Shown: in pieces, positions 24,045 through 31,871 of the stretch | Position numbering within the stretch: the stretch's first letter is position 1 | How the letters are laid out: each line of letters starts with the position of its first letter | From: Bacillus sp. FJAT-45350 | Lineage (GTDB): Bacteria; Bacillota; Bacilli; Bacillales; NISU01 | NCBI RefSeq assembly: GCF_002335805.1 | Contig: NZ_NISU01000002.1 | Location: 488,843 to 520,842 of the forward strand | DNA length: 32,000 bases | Reading direction: 5' to 3' | The notes under the pieces: generated by a model | What the model was told of the DNA's origin: nothing | Seen by the model: only the letters and a program-made list of their open reading frames with translations | Database searches by the model: none | Made by a program: the position numbers and the translations under genes

Positions 24045-24500
24045 ATGAGAGAAGTGAGTAGGATGCCTTTTATAAGCAAAGATTCGAAATTTTATTCTTT
24101 TGTTGAGCCGTTGGTGTATTTCTTCCTGTTACTTTTCTTTTATATTGGTGGTTATTTTTTAGTGACTCATGCGACTTCTTCTATACAGGAGAGGGTTCAT
24201 GAGTACAATGCTTCTCAATTTAGTAAAATAGTGAAGTTACATTTAGCAACTGGTGAATTGGAGCCAGTGGATGGGACTATTTATTTCTCTGAGTTGATTG
24301 AGTTAGGATTATTAGGGGATGATGAGGCCTTTGTATCAGATATTCCTATGCTTTCTACTATCAAATCATCTTACTCTCCTGCGTCCTTTGTCCGAGTAGT
24401 GAGAGCTGATAATCAACCGGAGCTGCAAGTTCGGTTATGTATGTCATCCATCGAGGATTGTGTACCAGAAAAGGCAGTGTACGACACGATAGAAGAATAA
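24045..24500 (+). CDS. small membrane-anchored hypothetical protein, possibly a degenerate pilin-like protein (151 aa; alternative start 24063)
   Basis: N-terminus ...KFYSFVEPLVYFFLLLFFYIGGYFLV has a hydrophobic helix with an early Glu but no Gly-1. The later segment GTIYFSELIELGLLGDD resembles pilA VTIIPLGYLLKEGLIES. If the 24001-24029 promoter is real, ATG 24063 is the more plausible start. Confidence 0.5.
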   Translation: MREVSRMPFISKDSKFYSFVEPLVYFFLLLFFYIGGYFLVTHATSSIQERVHEYNASQFSKIVKLHLATGELEPVDGTIYFSELIELGLLGDDEAFVSDIPMLSTIKSSYSPASFVRVVRADNQPELQVRLCMSSIEDCVPEKAVYDTIEE

Positions 24501-24567
24501 AACTTTAATTTACTATATGTAAATAACTGTTTCATAAATTATGCACGTCATGTACAATAATAGTTAA

Positions 24568-24640
24568 TATAATAGGATGCTATGAACGGCTATCTCTAAT
24601 TGGGCACTTGGATAGCTTGGAGCGAGTAGTGCAACCGACC
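24568..24640 (+). promoter_or_regulatory. c-di-GMP-II-type riboswitch aptamer, copy 2 (upstream of pilD-pilMNO)
   Basis: aataggatgctatgaacggctatctctaatTGGGCACTTGGatagcttggagCGAGTAGTGCAACCGACC matches the remembered c-di-GMP-II core exactly over GGGCACUUG and AGUAGUGCAACCGACC. Confidence 0.75.
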
Positions 24641-24676
24641 AATTTTGCTTGAGGATAGCAAAGTTGGTTTTTTTTT
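24639..24676 (+). terminator. expression-platform terminator of riboswitch copy 2
   Basis: ccaattttgct / agcaaagttgg forms an 11-bp stem with a 7-nt loop, followed by nine T residues. Confidence 0.8.
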
Positions 24677-24783
24677 ACTATAAAGGTAGTCAATTTATAG
24701 CTTTTTTTCTAATTTAGGTAAAGATTTTTGTAAGTACATAGTATAATGGTCTTATAAGTTAATGGTAAAGGACGATAATTTGA

Positions 24784-25542
24784 ATGGATGTATTTATCTA
24801 TATTTATCTGTTTATATTTGGTTTGGTTTTAGGCTCATTTTATAATGTTGTTGGTTTGCGAGTACCGGTGGAAGAATCTATTGTAAAGCCACGGTCTCAT
24901 TGTCCGAATTGCAAACGTACATTAACAGCTTTGGATTTAGTACCTGTTTTTTCTTATTTATTAATTAGAGGGAAATGTCGTGGTTGTGGGTTAAAAATAT
25001 CTCCGTTGTATCCGTTAATGGAGTTATCGACAGGTCTTTTATTTGTCCTAGCTTATTATTTTATTGGATTGCAGTGGGAGCTTCTTGTTGCTTTATTGTT
25101 TATTTCTATGCTTGTGATTATTTTCGTTAGTGATGTTCGATATATGTTAATTCCAGATAAAATATTACTAGTATTTGCACCTATGTTTCTAGTTTTACGG
25201 GTATTCGTAGCCCCTTTATCTCCTTGGTGGGATATGTTATTGGGTGCTGTTGTCGGTTTTACACTTTTGTTTATAATTGCTGTTGTTAGCCGTGGTGGTA
25301 TGGGCGGTGGCGACATTAAATTGTTTGCAGTGCTTGGACTTGTGTTAGGGCTACAAGATGTCCTTTTAGCTTTCTTCTTATCAACATTGTTTGGTACCAT
25401 ATTTGGAATCGCTGGGTTACTGACTGGGAAAGTCAAACGAGGAAAACCAATGCCTTTTGGACCATATATCGTTCTTGGGACGATTCTAACTTACTTCTTT
25501 GGTCAAGACATTATACAATGGTATTTTGATTTGTTATGGTAG
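24784..25542 (+). CDS. pilD: prepilin peptidase / N-methyltransferase (A24 family; positional equivalent of B. subtilis comC)
   Basis: N-terminal CPNC...CRGC zinc-ribbon segment, 6-8 TM helices, and the catalytic-Asp contexts VSDVRYMLIPD and GGMGGGDIKLF. Confidence 0.95.
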   Translation: MDVFIYIYLFIFGLVLGSFYNVVGLRVPVEESIVKPRSHCPNCKRTLTALDLVPVFSYLLIRGKCRGCGLKISPLYPLMELSTGLLFVLAYYFIGLQWELLVALLFISMLVIIFVSDVRYMLIPDKILLVFAPMFLVLRVFVAPLSPWWDMLLGAVVGFTLLFIIAVVSRGGMGGGDIKLFAVLGLVLGLQDVLLAFFLSTLFGTIFGIAGLLTGKVKRGKPMPFGPYIVLGTILTYFFGQDIIQWYFDLLW

Positions 25543-25564
25543 ACAATCGATCGGTGGTGTTTAG

Positions 25565-26554
25565 ATGAATCTTTTTCAGTCAAAAAAAGACATGCGTACA
25601 AGTATCATTATTAAAGACCATGTTATTCGCTATGTTCATGCAAAGAAACCGAGCCTTGATTCGATTCGTTCATTTGGGGAGCGTTTCTTACCTGAAGGGG
25701 TCATTAGAGAGGGTCAAATTATTGACCGAGAAACGTTAGAGATTATTTTCGAGGAATGTATTGAGCATTGGAAGATTAAACGACATGCCATTCAATTCTG
25801 TGTACCAGATTCTTTTGTAGTCGTAAGGAATATATTGATACCAAAAGAAGTGGCAGAAGATGATATTCGAATGCATCTTCATATGGAAATGGGAGAGTCG
25901 ATTCACCTCCCTTTTGAAAACCCATCTTTTGATTTTAAGCTGTTAGGTGAAAAAGATGGACAGAAAGAGATATTATTAATTGCTTCTCCAGAAAAAGTCG
26001 TTATGGAGTTGTATGAATTTTTATCTGAATTAAAGCTTCAACCGAATGTAGCAGATGTTTCGTCACTTTCGTTGTATCGTTTATTTACGAAAGTCGATAA
26101 GGCACTTTCGGACGAGCATTTACTTCTTGTGCAGCTTGACCGTTCATCTATTAATCTAACAGTTTTCTATTCACATAAGCCAATGTTTACACGTCATTTT
26201 CGTTTAAATAGTGATGATGAGAAATGGGCAATTAAAGGTGATGTGGAGATGGAAAGCTTAGTTTGGGAAGGTGAAATTGAGGAGATTGATGGACAAGCAG
26301 AGGAGTTAATTACTGAGGTGGAACGAGTGATGAATTTTTATCGTTTCTCTGTTCATAAAGGAAAAGAAGGAGTCAACCGGATTGCGATTACAGGTGACCA
26401 TCCTTACTTAGAGCGAATGATAGACATTTGCAAAGAAAGCTTTGATTTGCCAGTAGAAACATTATTAGATGTAGAGATTATTTCAGCTACAGGAGCTATC
26501 CCTTATCAATTTCATGATACTGTCGGACTGATGCTGAAAAAAGAGGTGCGCTAA
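25565..26554 (+). CDS. pilM: PilM-like (actin/FtsA-fold) pilus assembly protein
   Basis: Size and position immediately before pilN with a TAATG overlap. Contains LLLVQLDRSSINLTVF-type phosphate-loop-like strands. The sequence evidence is weaker than the synteny evidence. Confidence 0.7.
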   Translation: MNLFQSKKDMRTSIIIKDHVIRYVHAKKPSLDSIRSFGERFLPEGVIREGQIIDRETLEIIFEECIEHWKIKRHAIQFCVPDSFVVVRNILIPKEVAEDDIRMHLHMEMGESIHLPFENPSFDFKLLGEKDGQKEILLIASPEKVVMELYEFLSELKLQPNVADVSSLSLYRLFTKVDKALSDEHLLLVQLDRSSINLTVFYSHKPMFTRHFRLNSDDEKWAIKGDVEMESLVWEGEIEEIDGQAEELITEVERVMNFYRFSVHKGKEGVNRIAITGDHPYLERMIDICKESFDLPVETLLDVEIISATGAIPYQFHDTVGLMLKKEVR

Positions 26555-27138
26555 TGTTAGTAGAAGTGAACCTGTTACCAGAAAAAGAGAAACGTGATTT
26601 AACACCAGTTATTATAATCCTTATTATTGGAATTTTATTGGTAACTGCTACTATTGTCCTATCCTCCCTACATAGCTCAGTATCTACAGAGGTTACTGAG
26701 CTAGAAAATGAGGTGCAAGAGTTGATGATATTATCAGAGACGACTAGACAAGAACTAACAGAGCAACAGACAAATAACATTGGACAGTTAGAAGAGGTTA
26801 TCTCTGCGTTAGATAAGCAGTTGTTTCCAGCTTCTTTGTTACTTGACCATATAGTTAGTCTTTTACCAGAAAGAGGATTTTTCCTTAATTTTAATTATTC
26901 TCTACCAAATGAAGTATATTTTGATGCTAGTTTTGATAGGATAGAGGAAATTGCTCAATTTAGTAATGCTCTCTACTCGTCTGATGCAATAGGAGAAGTG
27001 CTTCTGTCCGATATTAGCACGAACCAGATACTTGATGATGAAGACTTAAACCGTGATGAATATTTACCACGCTATGTGGCTAGCTATTCTATTAAAATAG
27101 TTCCAGTTAGCCTACGAGAAATGAGGGATGAAAATTGA
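26554..27138 (+). CDS. pilN: PilN-family pilus assembly protein
   Basis: N-terminal VNLLPEKEKR (the INLLP motif), then a single TM helix and a coiled coil. Confidence 0.8.
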   Translation: MLVEVNLLPEKEKRDLTPVIIILIIGILLVTATIVLSSLHSSVSTEVTELENEVQELMILSETTRQELTEQQTNNIGQLEEVISALDKQLFPASLLLDHIVSLLPERGFFLNFNYSLPNEVYFDASFDRIEEIAQFSNALYSSDAIGEVLLSDISTNQILDDEDLNRDEYLPRYVASYSIKIVPVSLREMRDEN

Positions 27139-27878
27139 ACCTATCATTTTCAAAAAAACATATCATTATTCTCGGAGTAGCGATATTCCTTCTGATTGCT
27201 AGTGCATTTTTCTTTTTTTCTCAATATATATCGCCAGCGATGAAAGAGAAAGAAGTTTTGGCAGCAGAAGTAGAATTTGAGAAAAGCCAGCTTGCTATAT
27301 TACGGGACCAACAGAGAGACACGACTACAGAAGCCATTGAGACTAGTATTGAATTACAACGTAAATTACCTGTAAAGCCATTAGTCGATCAATTTTTATT
27401 AGATATTTCTCGAGCAGAAGGACTGTCAAACAGTTATATTCTTTATATAGATATAAGTGAGGGCGGAGAGTTATCTTTACGTGCTACTGAGGATGGTGTT
27501 GAAGGTGAAACTTCAACTCCTGTAGAACAGAGCGAGGGTGAAGGAGGTCAAGAAACGACTCAAGAACAACAGGTAAATGTAGATATAGAGGGCCTAAAAC
27601 AAATTACCCTCAATCTATCTGTACGGGCAAATCGTTATCAAGATTTAGCTCAGTTTCTTCGAGAGCTTGATAGATTGCCGAGGATTTCTAGTATTGATTC
27701 AGTCTCTTTTATAGGTCATGATGAACAGATAATGGTAGATGATGTCCATGATAGCTTAGAGTTTAATGTGACAGTCTCTACTTATTTTTATCCAGAATTA
27801 CTAGAACTAGGGGAAGAAGGACCGAAAGTCGATTACCCTCGACCAAGTAATAAAGATAACCCGCTATATTCTAATTAA
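27135..27878 (+). CDS. pilO: PilO-like pilus assembly protein
   Basis: TTG start overlapping the pilN stop (TTGA), 6 nt after GAGGGA. It has a TM helix, a coiled coil and a C-terminal alpha/beta segment, with an acidic insert. Assigned mainly by position. Confidence 0.6.
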   Translation: MNLSFSKKHIIILGVAIFLLIASAFFFFSQYISPAMKEKEVLAAEVEFEKSQLAILRDQQRDTTTEAIETSIELQRKLPVKPLVDQFLLDISRAEGLSNSYILYIDISEGGELSLRATEDGVEGETSTPVEQSEGEGGQETTQEQQVNVDIEGLKQITLNLSVRANRYQDLAQFLRELDRLPRISSIDSVSFIGHDEQIMVDDVHDSLEFNVTVSTYFYPELLELGEEGPKVDYPRPSNKDNPLYSN

Positions 27879-27926
27879 TCGTTTGTCTTGTTTTTAAAAA
27901 CTCTTATAAGGGAGGGAGTAGATTTA

Positions 27927-28808
27927 ATGAAAAAGCTCATTATCGGGTTACTCGTAGTACTTATGATGTTCCCTATGTCTTATTCTGTTGGAGCTTATAT
28001 GCCGATAACAGTGTATGTAGGTGATAAGAAGCTTAATTTCAATAACGACCCTATCGTTAGAAATGGTGTAACATTAGTTGAGTTTCGAACGATATTTGAA
28101 AGTCTTGGAATGTCAGTCAATTGGGACAAAAAAAGTTCAACTGTTACTGGAAAAAGTGGGAACACGACAATAAGGTTTACAGTTGGTAGTCAATATGCAT
28201 TTGTCAATTCTAACCCAGTGAGGTTAGACGTACCCTCAAGAATAATGAATGGAAGAACGCTTGTACCTCTACGATTTGTTGGAGAAACGGTAGGTAAGCA
28301 AGTAACATGGGATGGAACAACAAGAACGATCTTTATTTTAGACCGTGGTTATGAATATCATAATAATGTAAATAATGATTTACTTACGATCGAGCAATTG
28401 AGAGGAAGTACATTTGAATTAAGAAACAAAGAGTTGGAAAGAGTCGGAAATGCTGTATGGAGACAGCTTGTACTAGAAAGAGGAAAAGTAGACGGATTGG
28501 CGATTAGGAACTTTGAACAGTATTTTAACACGTTCTTTATAAACGACCAAGAAAAAAAGGTAGAGTTAAGAAATAGCGATGAGAATGGTGTTTTTAGAAA
28601 TTTACAAGTGAAAGTAAATCCAAATCCAAATGCAAGAAACTACATTCATGTTGTTGACGAAAACACGTTTGAATATCACTTACTTTGGACGTACGAAGGT
28701 AATTTAGTTAGTAATGATAGGCTTCTAAAAGGACAGCATTCATTTAAAGTCACCTTCCAAAGAGATGATGGTAGATATAAAGTTCAATCTTATACTCCGT
28801 TAGGATAA
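27927..28808 (+). CDS. secreted protein with copper amine oxidase N-terminal (stalk-type) domain
   Basis: ATG 27927 follows AGGGAGGG (the track ORF begins at 27888). Signal peptide MKKLIIGLLVVLMMFPMSYSVGA. NGVTLVEFRTIFESLGMSVNWD...GRTLVPLRFVGETVGKQVTWDGTTRTIFI is the classic Cu_amine_oxidN1 repeat. The C-terminal half is unassigned. Confidence 0.8.
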   Translation: MKKLIIGLLVVLMMFPMSYSVGAYMPITVYVGDKKLNFNNDPIVRNGVTLVEFRTIFESLGMSVNWDKKSSTVTGKSGNTTIRFTVGSQYAFVNSNPVRLDVPSRIMNGRTLVPLRFVGETVGKQVTWDGTTRTIFILDRGYEYHNNVNNDLLTIEQLRGSTFELRNKELERVGNAVWRQLVLERGKVDGLAIRNFEQYFNTFFINDQEKKVELRNSDENGVFRNLQVKVNPNPNARNYIHVVDENTFEYHLLWTYEGNLVSNDRLLKGQHSFKVTFQRDDGRYKVQSYTPLG

Positions 28809-28824
28809 TTGGGACTAGAAGTAA

Positions 28825-28868
28825 AAGGATACCTCATATGTAATCACATATTGAGGTATCCTTTTTTG
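28825..28868. terminator. bidirectional intrinsic terminator
   Basis: ggatacctcatatg / catattgaggtatcc forms a stem with one bulge, followed by tttttt on the plus strand and tttt on the minus strand. It lies between convergent genes. Confidence 0.75.
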
Positions 28869-28895
28869 CATTCCATTAAGTAATATTAACTATCA

Positions 28896-29060
28896 TTAAG
28901 ATCCTCTAAACAGTCCAAATAGTAATGAAATCACAAAAAGTACAAGGAATATATAAAAGATGATTTTCGCAATTTCAATAGCTGCTCCTGCAATACCAAT
29001 AAAGCCAAAGAATGCAGCAATAACCGCAATAATAAAGAAGGCGAGTGCCCAGCCTAACAT
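28896..29060 (-). CDS. UPF0391/DUF1328-family small membrane protein (54 aa, below ORF-track cutoff)
   Basis: The minus strand encodes [65 protein letters not shown] 5 nt upstream. The GF.GIAGAA..IAKI.F.IFLVLF signature is characteristic of the family. Confidence 0.8.
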   Translation of the reverse strand: MLGWALAFFIIAVIAAFFGFIGIAGAAIEIAKIIFYIFLVLFVISLLFGLFRGS

Positions 29061-29246
29061 AATAATCCTCTCCTTTCATTGATATATTTATTGAATACCC
29101 TTCAACATGGCATATAAACGTTAGGGTTACTGGGGTAAAAACTTTGATTAGGTATTCTTATATTGATTAAGACTGAAAATGTTTGCTATGTTATAATATT
29201 GGAAATAATTATGTAGGAAAAGTCTATTGAAGTTAGTGGTGATAAA

Positions 29247-29990
29247 GTGAGTAAAGTTGAAAAATATGGATTAAGCAAAGAAGTTTTTTACGTTCTTATT
29301 AATATTTTTAAAGACTATTCAGATATAATCGAGAAAGTTATATTGTTTGGTTCAAGGGCAAGAGGAGATTATAAAGAAACGTCTGACATTGATTTAGCAA
29401 TAAAGTTTAGAGAGAAAAATGACCAGATAACTAAAATAATAGATACTCTTTCCAATGAAAAAATTATCTATACGATTGATTTAATAGATGTCGATACAAT
29501 AAGTAATGAAAAGTTAAAGAATTATATAAATACTGAGGGAAAAGTGATATTTTTAACCAATTCTAAAGGTGAGGTTATCGACAATATGAATAAAATAATG
29601 GACAAGTTAACTGATTTAGAAAAAGCAACAAGAAAACTACATGAAAGTTTAAGTAGAGATCCTAGTCAAGATGATATTGTCATTGATGCAACAATACAAC
29701 GGTTTGAGTTTACATATGAATTATCATGGAAGTTAATGAAAGCCTTTTTAGAATATAATGGACATTTGGAAGTAACTAGTCCAAGAAGGACAATTCGGGT
29801 AGCTTTTAAAGAAGGTCTTATAACAAAAGGGGATGCATGGTTAGCAATGCTTGAAGACCGGAATAAGACTTCGCATACTTATGATGAAGAGACTGCAAAT
29901 AAAATATATAACAGTATTAAATTACATTTTATTCAGCTTTTTGATGAACTACTAATTGAGATGAAAAAGAGAATAAATCTTGAGTTATAA
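29247..29990 (+). CDS. single-chain fusion of a minimal nucleotidyltransferase (MNT, HI0073-like) and an HI0074-type HEPN/NTase-substrate-binding domain
   Basis: GTG start. N-terminal LFGSRARGDYKETSDIDLAI is the G-S-x(n)-D-x-D pol-beta NTase motif. C-terminal QRFEFTYELSWKLMKAFLEYNG ... LEDRNKTSHTYDE is the HI0074-family signature with an R-x4-H HEPN motif. Confidence 0.85.
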   Translation: MSKVEKYGLSKEVFYVLINIFKDYSDIIEKVILFGSRARGDYKETSDIDLAIKFREKNDQITKIIDTLSNEKIIYTIDLIDVDTISNEKLKNYINTEGKVIFLTNSKGEVIDNMNKIMDKLTDLEKATRKLHESLSRDPSQDDIVIDATIQRFEFTYELSWKLMKAFLEYNGHLEVTSPRRTIRVAFKEGLITKGDAWLAMLEDRNKTSHTYDEETANKIYNSIKLHFIQLFDELLIEMKKRINLEL

Positions 29991-29992
29991 AA

Positions 29993-30031
29993 TAGGTGCT
30001 GGCTAATTAGTCCAGCACCTACGATTATTTT
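29993..30031 (+). terminator. intrinsic terminator after the MNT-HEPN gene
   Basis: taggtgctgg / ccagcaccta forms a 10-bp stem with a 9-nt loop, then cgattatttt. Confidence 0.65.
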
Positions 30032-30167
30032 AGAGCTTATCAAACTACTAGATTCCATAAAAGTGCCTACATAAAAAATCTCTAATCTTCTCCAAAATCT
30101 AGTTCTATCATTCGAACCGATATAATAGAATATAGTATAGAGTGAGTGAACGAGGGGAGATGGTAGA

Positions 30168-31247
30168 GTGGACCAGGAGAAGCATCGCATATCAGTTCGA
30201 TTAAATGGGAAGGAACGTCCATATGAAGAAATGGAAGAGACTAGAGAACCCCATTTGGATACAGAGGCTTTTGAGGATGTGTTTGAACCAGTTGAGAGGA
30301 TAAAGCCGTTTGAACCAGAAGAGAAAAAGTCAAACAAGATTGTTGATTTTGGACGTAAATTAACAGAGCGAAATAAAGCTAAGGTTCCTTTTTGGGACGA
30401 TGGCAATCGCGAGAAAAGTCCAAAACTCCCATATAAAAGGAAAAAGAAAAAATCAAAGAGTATCAAGTTCTCATTAAAGTCATTACCTGTTGGGTTGCTC
30501 GTAGCTGCTGTATCCGCGATTATCGTTGGAGTAAGCTTTGGCTTTATGGTGTTGACCGTATTCACAGGTGATTCTACTGCAACTAGCGGATCAGTTGTAG
30601 CAAATGGAACGATTGAGCTATTAAGTGGACAAGATTCTAGTACCATGCCTGATTTAACCTTTGAAGTCGTCCAAGGTGGAGCGTTTTCTACAATAGATAA
30701 GGGAACCGAAACTGTAAATGGGATTCAACAAGCTGGATTTGCAGCGACGTTACTTGAGAACAATGAGCCGTATTTATTGTTCATTGGAATTGGACAAGAC
30801 CGCGAGCATGCGAATCGGTTGAGCCAATTTTATAGTCAACAAGGACAAGAAACATATATAAAGCCATACGCGATTTTAGGTTCAAAGGTTAATGTAGAAA
30901 ATCAACAAACAATTGCTTACTTCCATGAAGGCGCTCGTCTTTATCAAGAATTAATGGCGCTATCAGTTGTTGAACTTGCAAATGGTAATTCAACAGTAAC
31001 ACTAGAAACTGTACAGTCTTATACTGCAAGCCTATTGGGAATGGAAGAAATCCAAGGTGAAAGCTTTTCTGTTTTAGCTGAAGATGAAAAGCAACTAGCA
31101 ACTAAATTTTTTCAATCATTACAACAATCTGTAAACCATGTCTCAGCCTACCAACAAGCAAGCGATGAAATTGAGCTTTGGAAAATTCAACAATCATTAT
31201 TACAAGCAATGGTAGTATACGAACAGTTAATTGAGAAATTAAACTAA
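30168..31247 (+). CDS. spoIIB: SpoIIB-like sporulation/septal protein with TM helix and SPOR-type domain
   Basis: GTG start after GAGGGGAGA. The N-terminus ISVRLNGKERPYEE resembles B. subtilis SpoIIB (VTINGKEETVYEQ). It has a basic stretch, one TM helix, and a SPOR-like FEVVQGGAFSTIDKGTETVNGIQQAGFAATLLENNEPYLLFIGIGQDREHANRL. It occupies the position after comC/pilD, as in B. subtilis. Confidence 0.65.
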   Translation: MDQEKHRISVRLNGKERPYEEMEETREPHLDTEAFEDVFEPVERIKPFEPEEKKSNKIVDFGRKLTERNKAKVPFWDDGNREKSPKLPYKRKKKKSKSIKFSLKSLPVGLLVAAVSAIIVGVSFGFMVLTVFTGDSTATSGSVVANGTIELLSGQDSSTMPDLTFEVVQGGAFSTIDKGTETVNGIQQAGFAATLLENNEPYLLFIGIGQDREHANRLSQFYSQQGQETYIKPYAILGSKVNVENQQTIAYFHEGARLYQELMALSVVELANGNSTVTLETVQSYTASLLGMEEIQGESFSVLAEDEKQLATKFFQSLQQSVNHVSAYQQASDEIELWKIQQSLLQAMVVYEQLIEKLN

Positions 31248-31306
31248 AGAAATATTGCCATAAAACTGAAAAGAAATTTATGAAGCAGTAGTCGCTTCTT
31301 ACATTG

Positions 31307-31345
31307 AAAAGCCTGCTATGAGTAACTTCTAGCAGGCTTTTAATA
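31307..31345 (+). terminator. intrinsic terminator after spoIIB-like gene
   Basis: gcctgcta / tagcaggc stem flanked by aaaa and tttt. Confidence 0.7.
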
Positions 31346-31434
31346 ATTGGCAACATTTTAGTTTTATACTTTTTCCATAGTAAAAAACTAAAAAACTTTC
31401 AAAAATAGATTGAAAATTATAAGGATTTAGTTTA

Positions 31435-31452
31435 TTGTATATTGTATACCAA
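31435..31452 (+). promoter_or_regulatory. operator-like heptad repeat/palindrome (site 1)
   Basis: TTGTATA-TTGTATA-CCAA lies 24-41 nt upstream of the 31476 start. It is related, in inverted orientation, to 31815-31834. Confidence 0.3.
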
Positions 31453-31475
31453 GTAATGAGGAGTGAATAGATTAC

Positions 31476-31742
31476 ATGGCAAATAATGTTGTGTTATGGA
31501 GTTCGTATACTTGTAAACTATGTACAGATTTAAAAAACTACTTTGAAGAAAATAATATCCAGTATGAGAACAAAGATATGAAGAAAGATGACTCATTGCG
31601 AGACATTATCGAAGAAAAATACGGCGTGAGAAAAGCTCCAATAGTTGAAATTGGTGAAAAAGCTGTTGTTGGCGCTGGTCAGTGGTCAGAAGAAAACTGG
31701 AATGAGTTAAAATCATTACTAAACGAAGAAGCAGTAAAATAA
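31476..31742 (+). CDS. small glutaredoxin/NrdH-like thioredoxin-fold protein (CxxC)
   Basis: 88 aa. VVLWSSYTCKLCTDLKNYF has the beta1-CxxC-alpha1 arrangement, with a cis-Pro context (KAPIVEIG). GAGGAG RBS. Confidence 0.6.
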   Translation: MANNVVLWSSYTCKLCTDLKNYFEENNIQYENKDMKKDDSLRDIIEEKYGVRKAPIVEIGEKAVVGAGQWSEENWNELKSLLNEEAVK

Positions 31743-31814
31743 AAGATTTAATAGAAAAATCAAATTATTCATTGACAAGATGAAGTGAATTTGGTTAAAT
31801 AAAGATAACTTAAA

Positions 31815-31834
31815 TTGGTATACCAAATACCAAA
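31815..31834 (+). promoter_or_regulatory. operator-like palindrome plus heptad repeat (site 2)
   Basis: A perfect 12-bp palindrome TTGGTATACCAA is followed by a second TACCAAA heptad. It lies between a TTGACA-17-TTAAAT promoter-like pair (31781-31809) and the 31872 start. Confidence 0.3.
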
Positions 31835-31871
31835 TAACTAAAATGTTACTAATCTAAAGGGGGAAATACAA

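Noticed and set aside
24568-24573. TATAAT hexamer as the promoter of riboswitch copy 2
   Set aside because: There is no acceptable -35 (ACGTCA). A start about 7 nt downstream would also remove the 5' part of the aptamer that is conserved between the two copies. Transcription more likely starts further upstream.
25056-25436. 126-aa minus-strand ORF
   Set aside because: It lies antisense within pilD, whose frame carries all the peptidase motifs.
29933-30646. 237-aa minus-strand ORF
   Set aside because: It runs antisense across the 3' end of the MNT-HEPN gene, its terminator and the first 480 nt of the well-supported spoIIB-like gene. It is serine-rich and low-complexity, and has no RBS or recognisable motif. 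It is most likely a shadow ORF.
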